Of a stretch of 64,000 bases of DNA, positions 30,810 to 40,079 are shown one piece after another. Location: NCBI GenBank assembly GCA_043803015.1, contig JAZDKK010000026.1:20707-84706 (forward strand), written 5' to 3'. The notes below the pieces were generated by a model. The model was not told the DNA's origin, did no database searches, and was given only the letters and a program-made list of their open reading frames with translations. A program made the translations under genes and the position numbers. This stretch comes from Verrucomicrobiota bacterium. GTDB lineage: Bacteria > Verrucomicrobiota > Kiritimatiellia > CAIQIC01 > JAGNIJ01. Every line of letters begins with the position of its first letter. Within the stretch, counting starts at the first letter, position 1.

Positions 30810-31610
30810 ATGAACGAACGCGTCAAATGGACCGCGCCGCGGATCAAGGCTCTCAAGGGCAAAGGGAAGGTCGTTTCCCTGACCGCGTACGATTACTCCA
30901 CCGCCCGCATCGTGGATGAGGCGGGGTTTCACCTGGTCCTCGTGGGCGATTCATTGGGCATGACCATGCTCGGCTACGAGAACACCCTGCCCGTCACGAT
31001 GGAGGAAATGCTCCACCATACGGCGGCTGTGGCGCGCGGCACGAAGTACGCGCTGGTGGTGGCGGACATGCCCTTCCTCTCCTACCAGGTGTCCGTCGCG
31101 CAGGCCCTCGAGAACGCCGGCCGATTCCTCAAGATCGGGGCGGACGCGGTGAAGGTCGAGGGGGGTGCTTTCAGGGCGCCGACCGTCCGCGCGCTGGTCG
31201 AGAATGGTATCCCGGTACTGGGCCACGTCGGCCTCACGCCGCAGAGTCTCCAGGCCCTCGGAGGTTTCAAGGTTCAGGGCAAGAAGCCGCGGGAAGCCGA
31301 CCAGATCGTTGAAGATGCGAAGGCCATCGAAGCCGCCGGCGCATTTGCCATTGTGCTCGAGGCGGTCCCCGCCGCCCTCGCACCGGAGGTCACCGCCGCG
31401 GTCGGCGTGCCCACGATCGGCATTGGCGCCGGTCCCGGATGCGACGGCCAGATCCTCGTCGTCCACGACATCCTCGGGACGTACGGTGATTTCAGGCCGA
31501 AGTTCGCGAAGCGGTACGCCGAGCTCGGCGCCGAGATGAGGAAGTCTTTCGAACAGTACAAGAAGGAAGTCGAGGACGGAACGTTCCCCGGCCCGGAACA
31601 CTGTTACTAG
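30810..31610 (+). CDS. panB: 3-methyl-2-oxobutanoate hydroxymethyltransferase
   Basis: LTAYD, LVGDSLG, ADMPFLSY, VKVEGG, GHVGLTPQS, IGIGAG...DGQILV. Confidence 0.97.
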   Translation: MNERVKWTAPRIKALKGKGKVVSLTAYDYSTARIVDEAGFHLVLVGDSLGMTMLGYENTLPVTMEEMLHHTAAVARGTKYALVVADMPFLSYQVSVAQALENAGRFLKIGADAVKVEGGAFRAPTVRALVENGIPVLGHVGLTPQSLQALGGFKVQGKKPREADQIVEDAKAIEAAGAFAIVLEAVPAALAPEVTAAVGVPTIGIGAGPGCDGQILVVHDILGTYGDFRPKFAKRYAELGAEMRKSFEQYKKEVEDGTFPGPEHCY

Positions 31611-31627
31611 ATGCCGACCCCGCCCGG

Positions 31628-31660
31628 CTTGCCCGCCGAAGCCCAAAGGGCGAAGGCGGG
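31628..31660. repeat. CYTGCCCGCC-GAAGCC-n-GGCGAAGGCGGG mini-element
   Basis: Near-identical to 50121-50152, and both are flanked by GG | AGGTCGC. Confidence 0.7.
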
Positions 31661-31675
31661 AGGTCGCGGTCCACC

Positions 31676-32524
31676 ATGCGAACGATCCGCTCACCATCCG
31701 AAATGCACGAGACCTCGCTCTCCCTCCGGCGCGAGGGCAAGCGCATCGCCCTCGTCCCCACCATGGGCTATCTCCACGAGGGCCACCTTTCGCTCATGCG
31801 GATCGCCCGCCAGCATGCGGATGTGCTTGTCGTCAGCATCTTTGTGAACCCGGCGCAGTTCGGCCCGAACGAAGACCTGGCCAAGTACCCCCGCGACTTC
31901 GGGCGCGACGAGAAGCTCTGCCGGCAGGAGAAGGTGGACCTCGTGTTCTACCCGCAGGCCGCCGACATGTACCTGCCGGACCACAGCGTGTACGTCGTGG
32001 AGGAGAGCTTGTCCCGCGGCCTGTGCGGCGCCTCGCGCCCGGGCCACTTCCGCGGCGTGGCCACCGTGGTGGCCAAGCTGTTCAACCTCGTCCTGCCGGA
32101 CGTCGCCGCGTTCGGGGAAAAGGACGCCCAGCAGCTCCGCATCATCGAGCGCATGGTCCGCGACTTGAACATCCCGGTCCGGATCCTCCGCGGGCCCACG
32201 GTCCGGGAGCCCGACGGCCTGGCGATGAGCTCCCGCAATGCCTACTTGTCGCCGGACGAGCGCCGCCAGGCGCTGTGCCTGCGACGGGCTCTGGACCGGG
32301 CCGAGAAGCTCTACCGGGAAGGCCAGCGCGACCCGGAAGAGATCCTGTCGGCGATGCGCCGGATCGTGGAGGGGGAGGAGGCCGCCCGGGTGGACTACAT
32401 CGAGATCCTGGACGACGCCACGCTGGAGCCCGTCTCGGCCGTCCGCGGGCCGTGCCTCATCGCGCTGGCAGCATTCATCGGACGAACCCGCCTGATCGAC
32501 AACACCGTCGTCGGCGGCAGCTGA
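31676..32524 (+). CDS. panC: Pantoate--beta-alanine ligase
   Basis: VPTMGYLHEGH, SIFVNPAQF, YPRD, RPGHFRGV, FGEKDAQQ, GLAMSSRN, RLIDN. Confidence 0.97.
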   Translation: MRTIRSPSEMHETSLSLRREGKRIALVPTMGYLHEGHLSLMRIARQHADVLVVSIFVNPAQFGPNEDLAKYPRDFGRDEKLCRQEKVDLVFYPQAADMYLPDHSVYVVEESLSRGLCGASRPGHFRGVATVVAKLFNLVLPDVAAFGEKDAQQLRIIERMVRDLNIPVRILRGPTVREPDGLAMSSRNAYLSPDERRQALCLRRALDRAEKLYREGQRDPEEILSAMRRIVEGEEAARVDYIEILDDATLEPVSAVRGPCLIALAAFIGRTRLIDNTVVGGS

Positions 32525-32527
32525 GCC

Positions 32528-33529
32528 ATGAGAATCGAGACCTTCGCCAAGGCGCTGGCCGTACTGAATGCCCATCCGCCGCGCTTCGAGCCCCAGCCCG
32601 CACGGCGCGACGCCTTCCTCCGGATCGGCGACTTCCTCGAGAAATCCGTGCGCGCAGGCCAGCCGCACGACCTCAAGGCCAAGCCGGCCCGCGCGGCTTC
32701 CCCGCTGCCGAGTCCTGTCTGGCAGATCGTCGAGCAGCGGCTGGCCAAGGCCCTGCGCGAAATCGAAGACGCTGACCTGCCGACGGAGACGCTGCAGGCC
32801 TGGCAGATGTACAACGACGGCGTGATCATCAGGGCCGGGGACGTTGTCCTGGGCCTCGATGTCATCCCCATGCCGCGGTTCTTCGGCTGGCCGGAACCCG
32901 CGGGCCTGACCGAGAAGGTGGCGGGGCTGCTGGACCTGCTGCTGGTCACGCACGAGCACGAGGATCACTACGACCGGCAGCTCGTCGGCGCCTGCCTGCG
33001 GCTGGGCAAGCCCGTCTTCCTGCCGGAGCCGCTCGCGCGCGACTGGGGCACGGACCCCAATCTTTTCCGCGCGGGGCACGGCGGGGAGGTCGAGCTGGAT
33101 GATCTTCACATCCTGGCGAGACGCGGGGTGCACGTCTGGCGGGAGAGCGCCGACGACGTGCCGGTCGTGTACTACGAGGTCGCGTGCCAGAAGGGGTTCA
33201 GATTTCTGTTCGGCGGCGATGCGGACTACACGAAGGGCATGGAGAAAACGGCCGGGGCCGACCTCGACCTGTTCTTCCTGCCCTGGCGGAACCCCAGCGA
33301 GCTGTACGAGGACGGCCATCCCGCGCGGATCGGCACGACCCTGGACGCCGTGAACATCGCCATCGAGCGGCTGGCCCCCCGCGCCCTGCTCTACGAGCAC
33401 TGCGCCGAACTGAACCATGTGTATGACGGCTTCACGCCCTCCTTCGATATCGCGCTCGACCTCCAGCGGCGGCTTCCCGTACCGTCAGAATTGTTGTTCT
33501 GGGGAGAAACGGTTCGTCTGTCCAAGTAG
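32528..33529 (+). CDS. Metallo-beta-lactamase-fold protein (UlaG-like) with an N-terminal extension
   Basis: LLVTHEHEDHYD (HxHxDH) and FGGDAD. Confidence 0.72.
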   Translation: MRIETFAKALAVLNAHPPRFEPQPARRDAFLRIGDFLEKSVRAGQPHDLKAKPARAASPLPSPVWQIVEQRLAKALREIEDADLPTETLQAWQMYNDGVIIRAGDVVLGLDVIPMPRFFGWPEPAGLTEKVAGLLDLLLVTHEHEDHYDRQLVGACLRLGKPVFLPEPLARDWGTDPNLFRAGHGGEVELDDLHILARRGVHVWRESADDVPVVYYEVACQKGFRFLFGGDADYTKGMEKTAGADLDLFFLPWRNPSELYEDGHPARIGTTLDAVNIAIERLAPRALLYEHCAELNHVYDGFTPSFDIALDLQRRLPVPSELLFWGETVRLSK

Positions 33530-33565
33530 TGCTGTAGCGCCGGCGCTACAGAAGAGACTGATAGT

Positions 33566-34729
33566 ATGAAAACCAGCCTGCGCCATGGCATTGACGTGCT
33601 GATCGAGGACCATCCGGACTGGCTGGCCGGCCGGCGGGTGGGCCTGGTGGCGCATCCCGCCAGCGCGGGCGCGGCCGGCACGGCATCCGCCGAACTGCTC
33701 CGGCAGGTGAAAGACGCCACGCTGGTCTCCCTGTTCGGCCCCGAGCACGGCTTCGGCGGCCGCGGCGGCGCAGGCGAGGAGATCGCCAGCGGACGGCACC
33801 CGGAGTGGGGCCTTCCCATCCACTCGCTCTACGGCGAAACCCGCCGGCCCACGCCGGAGATGCTGAGCGATCTCGACGTCATCGTCTTCGACCTCCAGGA
33901 CCTCGGCGCCCGTCCGTACACGTACGTCTCCACTTTGCTGTACGTGCTTCAGGCGGCGGCGGAGCACCGGAAGTCCGTGATTGTGGCCGACCGGCCCGTC
34001 CCCCTGGCCCACGTGGTGGATGGGCCGATGCTGAACGCCGCGTTCCAGAGCTTCGTCGGCTGCGTTCGGACGCCCGTCGTGTACGGCATGACGCCGGGCG
34101 AGATGGCGGTGTGGCTGCAGCGGGACCTGGAGCTGTCGCTCGACCTGCGCGTGGCGAAAATGACCGGTTACCGGCGCGAGGCTGAGCGGCCGTCCGCGTG
34201 GCCGCCGTGGATCCCGCCGTCGCCGGCGATCCCGACCTGGGAGAGCGGGCTCTGCTTTCCCATCACGGTGTTCTTCGAGGCGCTGCCGGCGATCGACCAC
34301 GGGCGCGGCACCGAGACGCCGTTCGAACTGCTCGGCGCCCCGTGGCTGAAGAGCGACGAGTTCTGCAAGGCCGCCGCAGCCTATCCGCTTCCCGGCATCG
34401 AGTTCGCCTCTCGTGCGTACAAGGCCGGGACCGGCGTTTACAGGCGGCAGCGACTGGAGGGCCTCAGGATCCGCGTGACGGGACCCAAGGTGTTGCGGCC
34501 CGTCGCCACGGCGGTGACGATTCTCCATCTGCTCCAGGAGATCCACGGGGCCGCGTGGTTGTGGTCCCAGCCGGGAACACGACAGGATTTCTTCGACAGG
34601 CTGATGGGGACCGACACCGTGCGGCTGAACCTGCAGGACGGACTGCCGCCGCTGGAGATCGTCGCCGCCTGGGAGCGCGATCTCGCCGGCTTCCGCGAAT
34701 CCCGCCGTTCCTGCCTGATGTACTCCTGA
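33566..34729 (+). CDS. namZ: Exo-beta-N-acetylmuramidase NamZ family (DUF1343)
   Basis: VGLVAHPAS, LFGPEHG, SLYG..RRPT.EML, FDLQDLGAR.YTY, DRP.P, GMTPGE, PPSPAIP, GRGTETPFEL.GAPW. Confidence 0.9.
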   Translation: MKTSLRHGIDVLIEDHPDWLAGRRVGLVAHPASAGAAGTASAELLRQVKDATLVSLFGPEHGFGGRGGAGEEIASGRHPEWGLPIHSLYGETRRPTPEMLSDLDVIVFDLQDLGARPYTYVSTLLYVLQAAAEHRKSVIVADRPVPLAHVVDGPMLNAAFQSFVGCVRTPVVYGMTPGEMAVWLQRDLELSLDLRVAKMTGYRREAERPSAWPPWIPPSPAIPTWESGLCFPITVFFEALPAIDHGRGTETPFELLGAPWLKSDEFCKAAAAYPLPGIEFASRAYKAGTGVYRRQRLEGLRIRVTGPKVLRPVATAVTILHLLQEIHGAAWLWSQPGTRQDFFDRLMGTDTVRLNLQDGLPPLEIVAAWERDLAGFRESRRSCLMYS

Positions 34730-34779
34730 CTTGAATTCCAACGACTCCGGCGGATGTTGAAACAGGGAAGGGAGTCGTC

Positions 34780-34974
34780 ATGAAGTACAGCGCCGGCCTC
34801 CAGAGCGAAGGGGAGGAGTACTTGGCCGCGTGCGCCGAACTCGGCATCTCGGCCCATGGCTTGAGCCCCGCGAACGCCCTCGACGCCCTGCGGGCCGAGA
34901 TCCGGTACCGCGTGGAGCTCTGCCCGTGTTCGAGCGTCGACGACGACTACGTCGAGTTGATGGTTGCGGACTGA
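34780..34974 (+). CDS. Small HicB-N-terminal-like protein
   Basis: YLAACAELGISAHG.SP..AL..L..EI pattern; GGAG RBS. No HicA adjacent. Confidence 0.55.
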   Translation: MKYSAGLQSEGEEYLAACAELGISAHGLSPANALDALRAEIRYRVELCPCSSVDDDYVELMVAD

Positions 34975-34981
34975 TTTGCCA

Positions 34982-35172
34982 TAGCCCGGGTAAACCGGGC
35001 TCTACCCGCCTCCGTCCCGTAGAGCCCGCTTCATGCGGGCTACCCTAGCCCGGGTAAACCGGGCTCTACCTGTGTCCATCCCGTAGAGCCCGCTTCATGC
35101 GGGCTACCCTAGCCCGGGTAAACCGCGGGCTCTACCTGTGTCCATCCCGTAGAGCCCGCTTCATGCGGGCTA
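34982..35172. repeat. BIME-like array: three 64-bp units of inverted REP pairs
   Basis: Units start at 34982, 35046 and 35110: AGCCCGGGTAAACCGGGCT-CTAC / linker / GTAG-AGCCCGCTTCATGCGGGCT. Confidence 0.88.
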
Positions 35173-35239
35173 CGCTCACCGGAATCGGGTTGCAGGACCT
35201 CGCCGCACCCGCTAGCTTAGTCTCCTGCCTGCCGACCTT

Positions 35240-35332
35240 GGAGGGGTGGCTGAGTGGTTTAAGGCACTCGACTCGAAATCGAGAGAGCTGTGAAGAACGG
35301 CTCCGTGGGTTCAAATCCCACCCCCTCCGCCA
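35240..35332 (+). tRNA. tRNA-Ser(CGA)
   Basis: Acceptor GGAGGGG/CCCCTCC, G73, encoded CCA; anticodon stem CTCGA/TCGAG with loop CT-CGA-AA; long variable arm; GGTTCAAATCC T-loop. Confidence 0.97.
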
Positions 35333-35483
35333 CGCACCAGAGTTCCGCGGAGCGGAACACGGTGCGTGGCTGCCCCGAAGCGTGCCGCGAAGCCCTGAAG
35401 TTAAGCGAAGCGCATACTTCAGGGCGAAGCGGCTCTGCTTCGGGGCGCCAGGGCACACCCGTCCTGCGTTCTTGCTCAAAAGA

Positions 35484-35512
35484 TTGTCAAAACCGCGGCA
35501 TCCGGCTATGCT
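35484..35512 (+). promoter_or_regulatory. sigma70-like promoter
   Basis: TTGTCA-N17-TATGCT; supports the GTG start at 35539. Confidence 0.6.
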
Positions 35513-35538
35513 CACCCAAGTTTACTGAGAGGCACGGG

Positions 35539-36735
35539 GTGCGGCTCGTTCTTCACATATCCCTCGCGGCTGTTCTGGTCCTCGCCTTCGGATCCTTCTC
35601 CTATGGCCAGAATGTGCGGCTGGCCAACGGCGTGAGCATCAGGGGGGAAGTGCGCAACGTGACCGACGACGGTCTGGAGATCCAGACGCCCACGGGTCCG
35701 CGGACCTATTCGTGGGAGACCCTCTCGATCGCCACGCGCTACCAGTACCAGCCGGTCTTCCGGGCCAACTACGAGGCGATCCTGCAGGGCCTGCCGCCTT
35801 CCGCCAGGACCAACGCGCCGGACATCACCGAGGAGAAACCCCGGGAGGTCGCCGAGGCGCCCGTCGAGAAAACGTCCGCGCCGACGCAGGCCGTCGCCCA
35901 GGCCCAGTCGCTCAACGTCTTCGAGCAGCTCGAGTACGAGAACGTCGATCCGATCGCGATATCGAAGTTCCCCAACCTGCAGCTCCGCTCTCCCCCGCTG
36001 GCCGCCTACGTCGGCTTGCAGTACGGCCCGGGCAAGGATGATGTCGCCTACCTGGCCTTCGACACCAGGACCTCCGACGATCCGCGGGACGTGGTCTACG
36101 TCTTCAGCCCGGGCAGCCCGGAGTACGCGAGCACCGCGAAGATGGGCGGCACCAAGGTCAGCACGAAAGAGGGCCGCACAGCCACCCTCAAGAAGTTCAA
36201 CCTGTCATCGAAGTTCGGCCAAGCCGACGCGAGTTTCGACGTGGAATGCTCTTTCTCCACCGCCCAGGCCAACGTGTTGATGTTGACCATCGGCTGCGAG
36301 CTCTACAAGGGCAATACCAAGTCCCGATTCGTGCTCATGGGGCAGACCGCCGACCTGGTCCAGGGCGAGGGGGTCATCGTGGTCAAGGGCATCCTCGACC
36401 TGCCCGTCTTGTGGGTCAGCCTCGACATGACGACGGGTTCGCCGCGGTTGGTCGGCAACCTCAACATGTCCCACCTGAAGCTGCTCCCGAAGGAAGGCAT
36501 GGACAACCGGGTCACCGTGACCGTCACCGACGACAAGGGCGCCGTGGTTCAGCGCGAGTTGTTCAAGCTGGATGAATCGACGGCGGCCGAGAAGTACAGC
36601 CTCAGCTGCGACCTGAAGAAAACGGTTCCCGGCCAGTCCTACACGGTCCAGGCGTCCATCGATCTCGGTCCGTTCCTCGGACCCGTCTCGTTCGAAGAGA
36701 AGATCACCATCCCGAAGGCTCAGCCGGCGGCGTGA
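35539..36735 (+). CDS. Secreted hypothetical protein
   Basis: Signal peptide RLVLHISLAAVLVLAFGSFSYG, then a small beta-rich module (VRLANGVSIRG...YSWETLS). The ORF-track start at 35290 overlaps the tRNA and is rejected. Confidence 0.72.
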   Translation: MRLVLHISLAAVLVLAFGSFSYGQNVRLANGVSIRGEVRNVTDDGLEIQTPTGPRTYSWETLSIATRYQYQPVFRANYEAILQGLPPSARTNAPDITEEKPREVAEAPVEKTSAPTQAVAQAQSLNVFEQLEYENVDPIAISKFPNLQLRSPPLAAYVGLQYGPGKDDVAYLAFDTRTSDDPRDVVYVFSPGSPEYASTAKMGGTKVSTKEGRTATLKKFNLSSKFGQADASFDVECSFSTAQANVLMLTIGCELYKGNTKSRFVLMGQTADLVQGEGVIVVKGILDLPVLWVSLDMTTGSPRLVGNLNMSHLKLLPKEGMDNRVTVTVTDDKGAVVQRELFKLDESTAAEKYSLSCDLKKTVPGQSYTVQASIDLGPFLGPVSFEEKITIPKAQPAA

Positions 36736-36766
36736 CGTCTTCTGCGTAGTGCGTTGCGTGTCCTGG

Positions 36767-36851
36767 GTAGGGACGGCTCTCCGAGCCGTCCGCCCAGGCT
36801 CCGCCCGAGGCTACGCCGAGGTGAGCGGCGCGCTCGGAGAGCGCGCCCTAC
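36767..36851. repeat. GTAG REP doublet with the 36-bp unit between its arms
   Basis: GTAGGGACGGCTCTCCGAGCCGTCC - [36792-36827, reverse complement of the 36-bp unit] - GCGCGCTCGGAGAGCGCGCCCTAC. Confidence 0.75.
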
Positions 36852-37690
36852 CTCAGACCTTGTTGGGAATTGCCCCCGCTCGCTCTTCTCTGCCGCACCG
36901 CCTCGTAGAGCAGGATGGTCGTGGCGGTGGCCACGTTCAGCGAATCCGCCTGGCCCAGCATCGGGATCCGAACCTTCGCATCGGCGTTCTTCATCCACGG
37001 TTCGCTCAGGCCGTACTGCTCCGACCCGACGACGAACGCGCTGCCGCGCGCCAGGTCCGCGGCGGTGTACTCCGTCCCGGCATGCGGCGTGGCCGCGATG
37101 ATCTGGATGCCCCGCTCCCGGAGCCAAGCCAGGGCCTCGGCGGAGGACGCTTCGACGACCGGCACCGAGAAAAGCGTGCCGATGCTGGCGCGGACGACGT
37201 TGGGATTGCTGATGTCCGTGCACTGGTCGCAGACGATGACCGCGTCGGCACCGGCCGCATCCGCAGACCGGAGGATCGTCCCGAGGTTGCCGGGCTTCTC
37301 AATCGCCTCGGCGACCACGATCAGGGGGGCCGGCGACTTGATATCGAGGTCCGCCAGGGCGGTCCGCACCTGGGGGCCGACGGCCAGGAGCCCTTCCGGG
37401 CGGTCGCGGTACGCCATTTTCTGGAAGACGGCGTCCGTACACTCGAAGAGCTCCGCGCCGGCCGCCCCCGCCCGCTCGACGATCTCGGGCTCGTTCTTAC
37501 CAAGGTAGAGGGCAGGGCAAAAGAAGAGGGCGGCGGGTTTCCAGCGGTTGTCCAGCGCACGCTTCACCTCGCGGTACCCCTCCACCAGCAGCAGGCCCGC
37601 GTCGTCGCGGTGGGACCGCTTGTTCAGCTTGATGACCTCCTTGACCCGCGGGTTCTGGAGGCTGGTAATCGGCTGTGGTTTCGCGGGCAT
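36848..37690 (-). CDS. TrmH/SpoU-family RNA 2'-O-methyltransferase
   Basis: ITSLQNPRVK, LVEG.RE, EKPGNLGTILRSADAAG, VGSEQYGL, IPM.G.ADSLNVA. Confidence 0.93.
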   Translation of the reverse strand: MPAKPQPITSLQNPRVKEVIKLNKRSHRDDAGLLLVEGYREVKRALDNRWKPAALFFCPALYLGKNEPEIVERAGAAGAELFECTDAVFQKMAYRDRPEGLLAVGPQVRTALADLDIKSPAPLIVVAEAIEKPGNLGTILRSADAAGADAVIVCDQCTDISNPNVVRASIGTLFSVPVVEASSAEALAWLRERGIQIIAATPHAGTEYTAADLARGSAFVVGSEQYGLSEPWMKNADAKVRIPMLGQADSLNVATATTILLYEAVRQRRASGGNSQQGLR

Positions 37691-37807
37691 GGTGGGAGAA
37701 TCGCGGTGGAGCGGCGCTGGTGTCAAGCGTTGACACGGGCGGGCCGCTATCCGTCGAGGGATGAACCCTCTCCTGCAACCGTAGGAGCGGCTTCACGCCG
37801 CGACATC

Positions 37808-37835
37808 TTGACGCCGGGTCTGCTAGGGGTACACT
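37808..37835 (+). promoter_or_regulatory. sigma70-like promoter
   Basis: TTGACG-N16-TACACT, then GGAGG and ATG 37850. Confidence 0.6.
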
Positions 37836-37849
37836 GCCCTTCGGAGGCC

Positions 37850-38545
37850 ATGAAAAGCACCTATCCACTGCTGCTGGCGCTTGTCCTCGCGGCCACGGCG
37901 GCCCGGGCCGACGTGCCTGGCTTCGAGCGATACCAGGTCATCCTGGACCGGAAGCCGTTCGGCGAACCGCCGCCTCAGCCCGTGGTCCCCTCCACCATCG
38001 CGCCGGAGCAGTCGTTTGCCCGGAACATCCGCATGTCGGCGCTGTTGGAGTCCAACGACGGGGAGATACGCATCGGGCTGATCGATCTCCAGAGCAACCA
38101 GAACTTCTTCCTCGGCGTGGGCGACGTCGAGAACGGCGTCGAACTGGTCTCCGCCGACTACGAGAAAGAAGAAGCTGTGATCAAGAAGGGCGACGAGATG
38201 GCCCTGATCAAGCTGCAGTCCGGCGACATCCAGCCGCTGACCCCCGAGCAGCAGCGGGAGCAGATGAACCAGCCTCCGCCCTCGTCCTCGCGCCGGCCCT
38301 CCTATGCCGAGCGCCGGCTGGCCCGCCAGCAGCAGCGCCAGCAGACGCCGCCGGCGCCGCAAGCCCCACCGCCCCAGCCCAAGTACACGGGCGAGGAGCT
38401 GGAGAAGCACTTGCGGGATTACCAGATGGAAGTCATCCGGCAGGGACTCCCTCCCCTGCCCATTCCCCTCACACCCGAGATGGACCAGCAACTGGTGACC
38501 GAGGGCGTCCTGCCGCCGCTCCAGCCGGAACAGCCGGCGCCGTGA
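37850..38545 (+). CDS. Secreted/periplasmic hypothetical protein with a Pro/Gln-rich tail (loosely GspC-like)
   Basis: Signal peptide; Y..IL.R.PFG, then a beta-rich domain (IGLIDLQSNQNFFLGVGDVENGVELV). The GspC similarity is a guess. Confidence 0.7.
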   Translation: MKSTYPLLLALVLAATAARADVPGFERYQVILDRKPFGEPPPQPVVPSTIAPEQSFARNIRMSALLESNDGEIRIGLIDLQSNQNFFLGVGDVENGVELVSADYEKEEAVIKKGDEMALIKLQSGDIQPLTPEQQREQMNQPPPSSSRRPSYAERRLARQQQRQQTPPAPQAPPPQPKYTGEELEKHLRDYQMEVIRQGLPPLPIPLTPEMDQQLVTEGVLPPLQPEQPAP

Positions 38546-38571
38546 GGGGTTCGTGATTCCGGGCGATCACT

Positions 38572-39264
38572 CTACGGCTGCGTAATGCCGGCGCTTCCCG
38601 ACCGTCCCGCCGTATCGGACACGTTGACCGCGTTGCCGCCCGAGGAGACTCGCGTGTAGGTCACGGATGCCCCGCTCGAACTGCTGAGAGAACCGCTGCT
38701 GTTGGCCACGCTCCACGAGTAGCTGCCGCTTCCGCCCGTGACCGTGAACACCTGGGTCTGGCTGTTGGATGAGAGGTTGGCGGATCCGGGGCTGACGACC
38801 AGGCCGCCGGGGCCGGCGTTCGTGGGCACCGTGGCCACACCGTAGACCGTGGCATAGAGACCCGGCTCGATCCACGTCCCGCGCATCGTGGCGGAGCCCC
38901 CACCCACTTCGATCGTGCCCGAGATGGTCACCTCTTTGCCGGCCGAGCTTTGTCCCTCCAGGCTGTACGTGACCAGCGTGTCGGACTCGTTGCCGGCGGT
39001 GCCCCGGTACACCTTGTTGTAGTTGTCGATGGCCTCAAGCTGGTCGCCGGACTGGCGAAGCTCCAACTGGTCGATCGGCTTGCCGGAATTCGTGGAAATG
39101 ATGGTGCTGCCGGCCGTCGGGTGCCGGTACACCCCCGAGATCACGACGCCAATAGTCCTCGTAACGCTGTCGGTATTCTGGAGCTCACAGCCCAGGAAGA
39201 CGAGGGCGAGCAGGGCGAGGAAGCTGCAGGCGAGCACGACGGAGCCGATTCGACTGCTTTTCAT
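38572..39264 (-). CDS. Lipoprotein with a C-terminal Ig-like domain
   Basis: Lipobox FLGC; C-terminal LVVSPGSA...FTVTGGSGSYSWSV...VNVSD. Confidence 0.75.
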   Translation of the reverse strand: MKSSRIGSVVLACSFLALLALVFLGCELQNTDSVTRTIGVVISGVYRHPTAGSTIISTNSGKPIDQLELRQSGDQLEAIDNYNKVYRGTAGNESDTLVTYSLEGQSSAGKEVTISGTIEVGGGSATMRGTWIEPGLYATVYGVATVPTNAGPGGLVVSPGSANLSSNSQTQVFTVTGGSGSYSWSVANSSGSLSSSSGASVTYTRVSSGGNAVNVSDTAGRSGSAGITQP

Positions 39265-39383
39265 GCTGGTCCTTTCGGAAACACGATTCGGTCACTCTTT
39301 AGCGCGAACCCCCGGGACATGCAAGGTTGATTGTGGGGGGCCTGCGGAGCAGCCAGGCGCCGGCTGTGGGCCCGGCTGGCGGA

Positions 39384-39456
39384 ATCGTCCTCCTCGTCGT
39401 CCTCGTGCTCGTCCTCGATTGCGGCTTCCGAGGACGACGACGAGAACGAGGACGAT
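39384..39456. repeat. Inverted hexamer-array hairpin (TCGTCC)n...(GGACGA)n
   Basis: Left arm 39384-39417, right arm 39429-39456, imperfectly complementary. Confidence 0.7.
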
Positions 39457-39514
39457 CGGCTGACGGCGACGACTAGATCCTTGCCGGACCGCTGTGCCCT
39501 GTTAGACTTCCCCC

Positions 39515-40078
39515 ATGGCCCCCGCACCCGCGAACGGACTCCGTCCCCACCACATCCGCGACGTCCTGTTCACCGCCGACGACATCGCGCGACGTGTGGA
39601 CAAGCTGGTGCAGGAGATGGCTGCCTATTGCCGCGGCGAGAACTTCGCGATGATCGGAATCCTCCGCGGCAGCTTCATGTTCCTGGCCGACCTCGTGCGC
39701 GACCTGTACCACCACGACGTGCACCCGCGGATCGACTTCATGACGCTCGAAAGCTACGGCTCGGGCACCGTGTCGTCCGGTACCGTCCGGATCACAAAGG
39801 ATATCGGCCTCGATGTCCGCGGCGCGACGGTTCTTCTCGTGGACGACATCCTTGATACCGGCCGCACGCTGGCCTTTGCGTGCCAGCACCTGCGCGACCA
39901 GGGCGCGAAAACGGTGAAAACCTGCGCCCTGCTGGACAAACCCGCGCGGCGCGCGGCGCCGTTCCGGGCCGATTACGTGGGGTTTCCGGTCGAAGACCAC
40001 TTTGTGGTGGGTTACGGGCTGGACTACGACGCACGGTACCGCGAACTGCCGTACATCGCGAAGGTGACGTTTCTCTGA
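39515..40078 (+). CDS. hpt: Hypoxanthine phosphoribosyltransferase
   Basis: ILRGSFMFLADL, ESYG, VLLVDDILDTGRTL, LLDK, FVVGYGLD...YRELPYI. Confidence 0.96.
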   Translation: MAPAPANGLRPHHIRDVLFTADDIARRVDKLVQEMAAYCRGENFAMIGILRGSFMFLADLVRDLYHHDVHPRIDFMTLESYGSGTVSSGTVRITKDIGLDVRGATVLLVDDILDTGRTLAFACQHLRDQGAKTVKTCALLDKPARRAAPFRADYVGFPVEDHFVVGYGLDYDARYRELPYIAKVTFL

Positions 40079-40079
40079 T

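Noticed and set aside
34982-35172. Possible CRISPR array
   Set aside because: The units are tandem near-identical 64-mers with no unique spacers and no cas genes; the structure is REP/BIME.
35240-35460. Integrative element at the tRNA-Ser 3' end
   Set aside because: No integrase and no duplicated tRNA 3' end in the window; the downstream sequence is hairpin and repeat DNA only.
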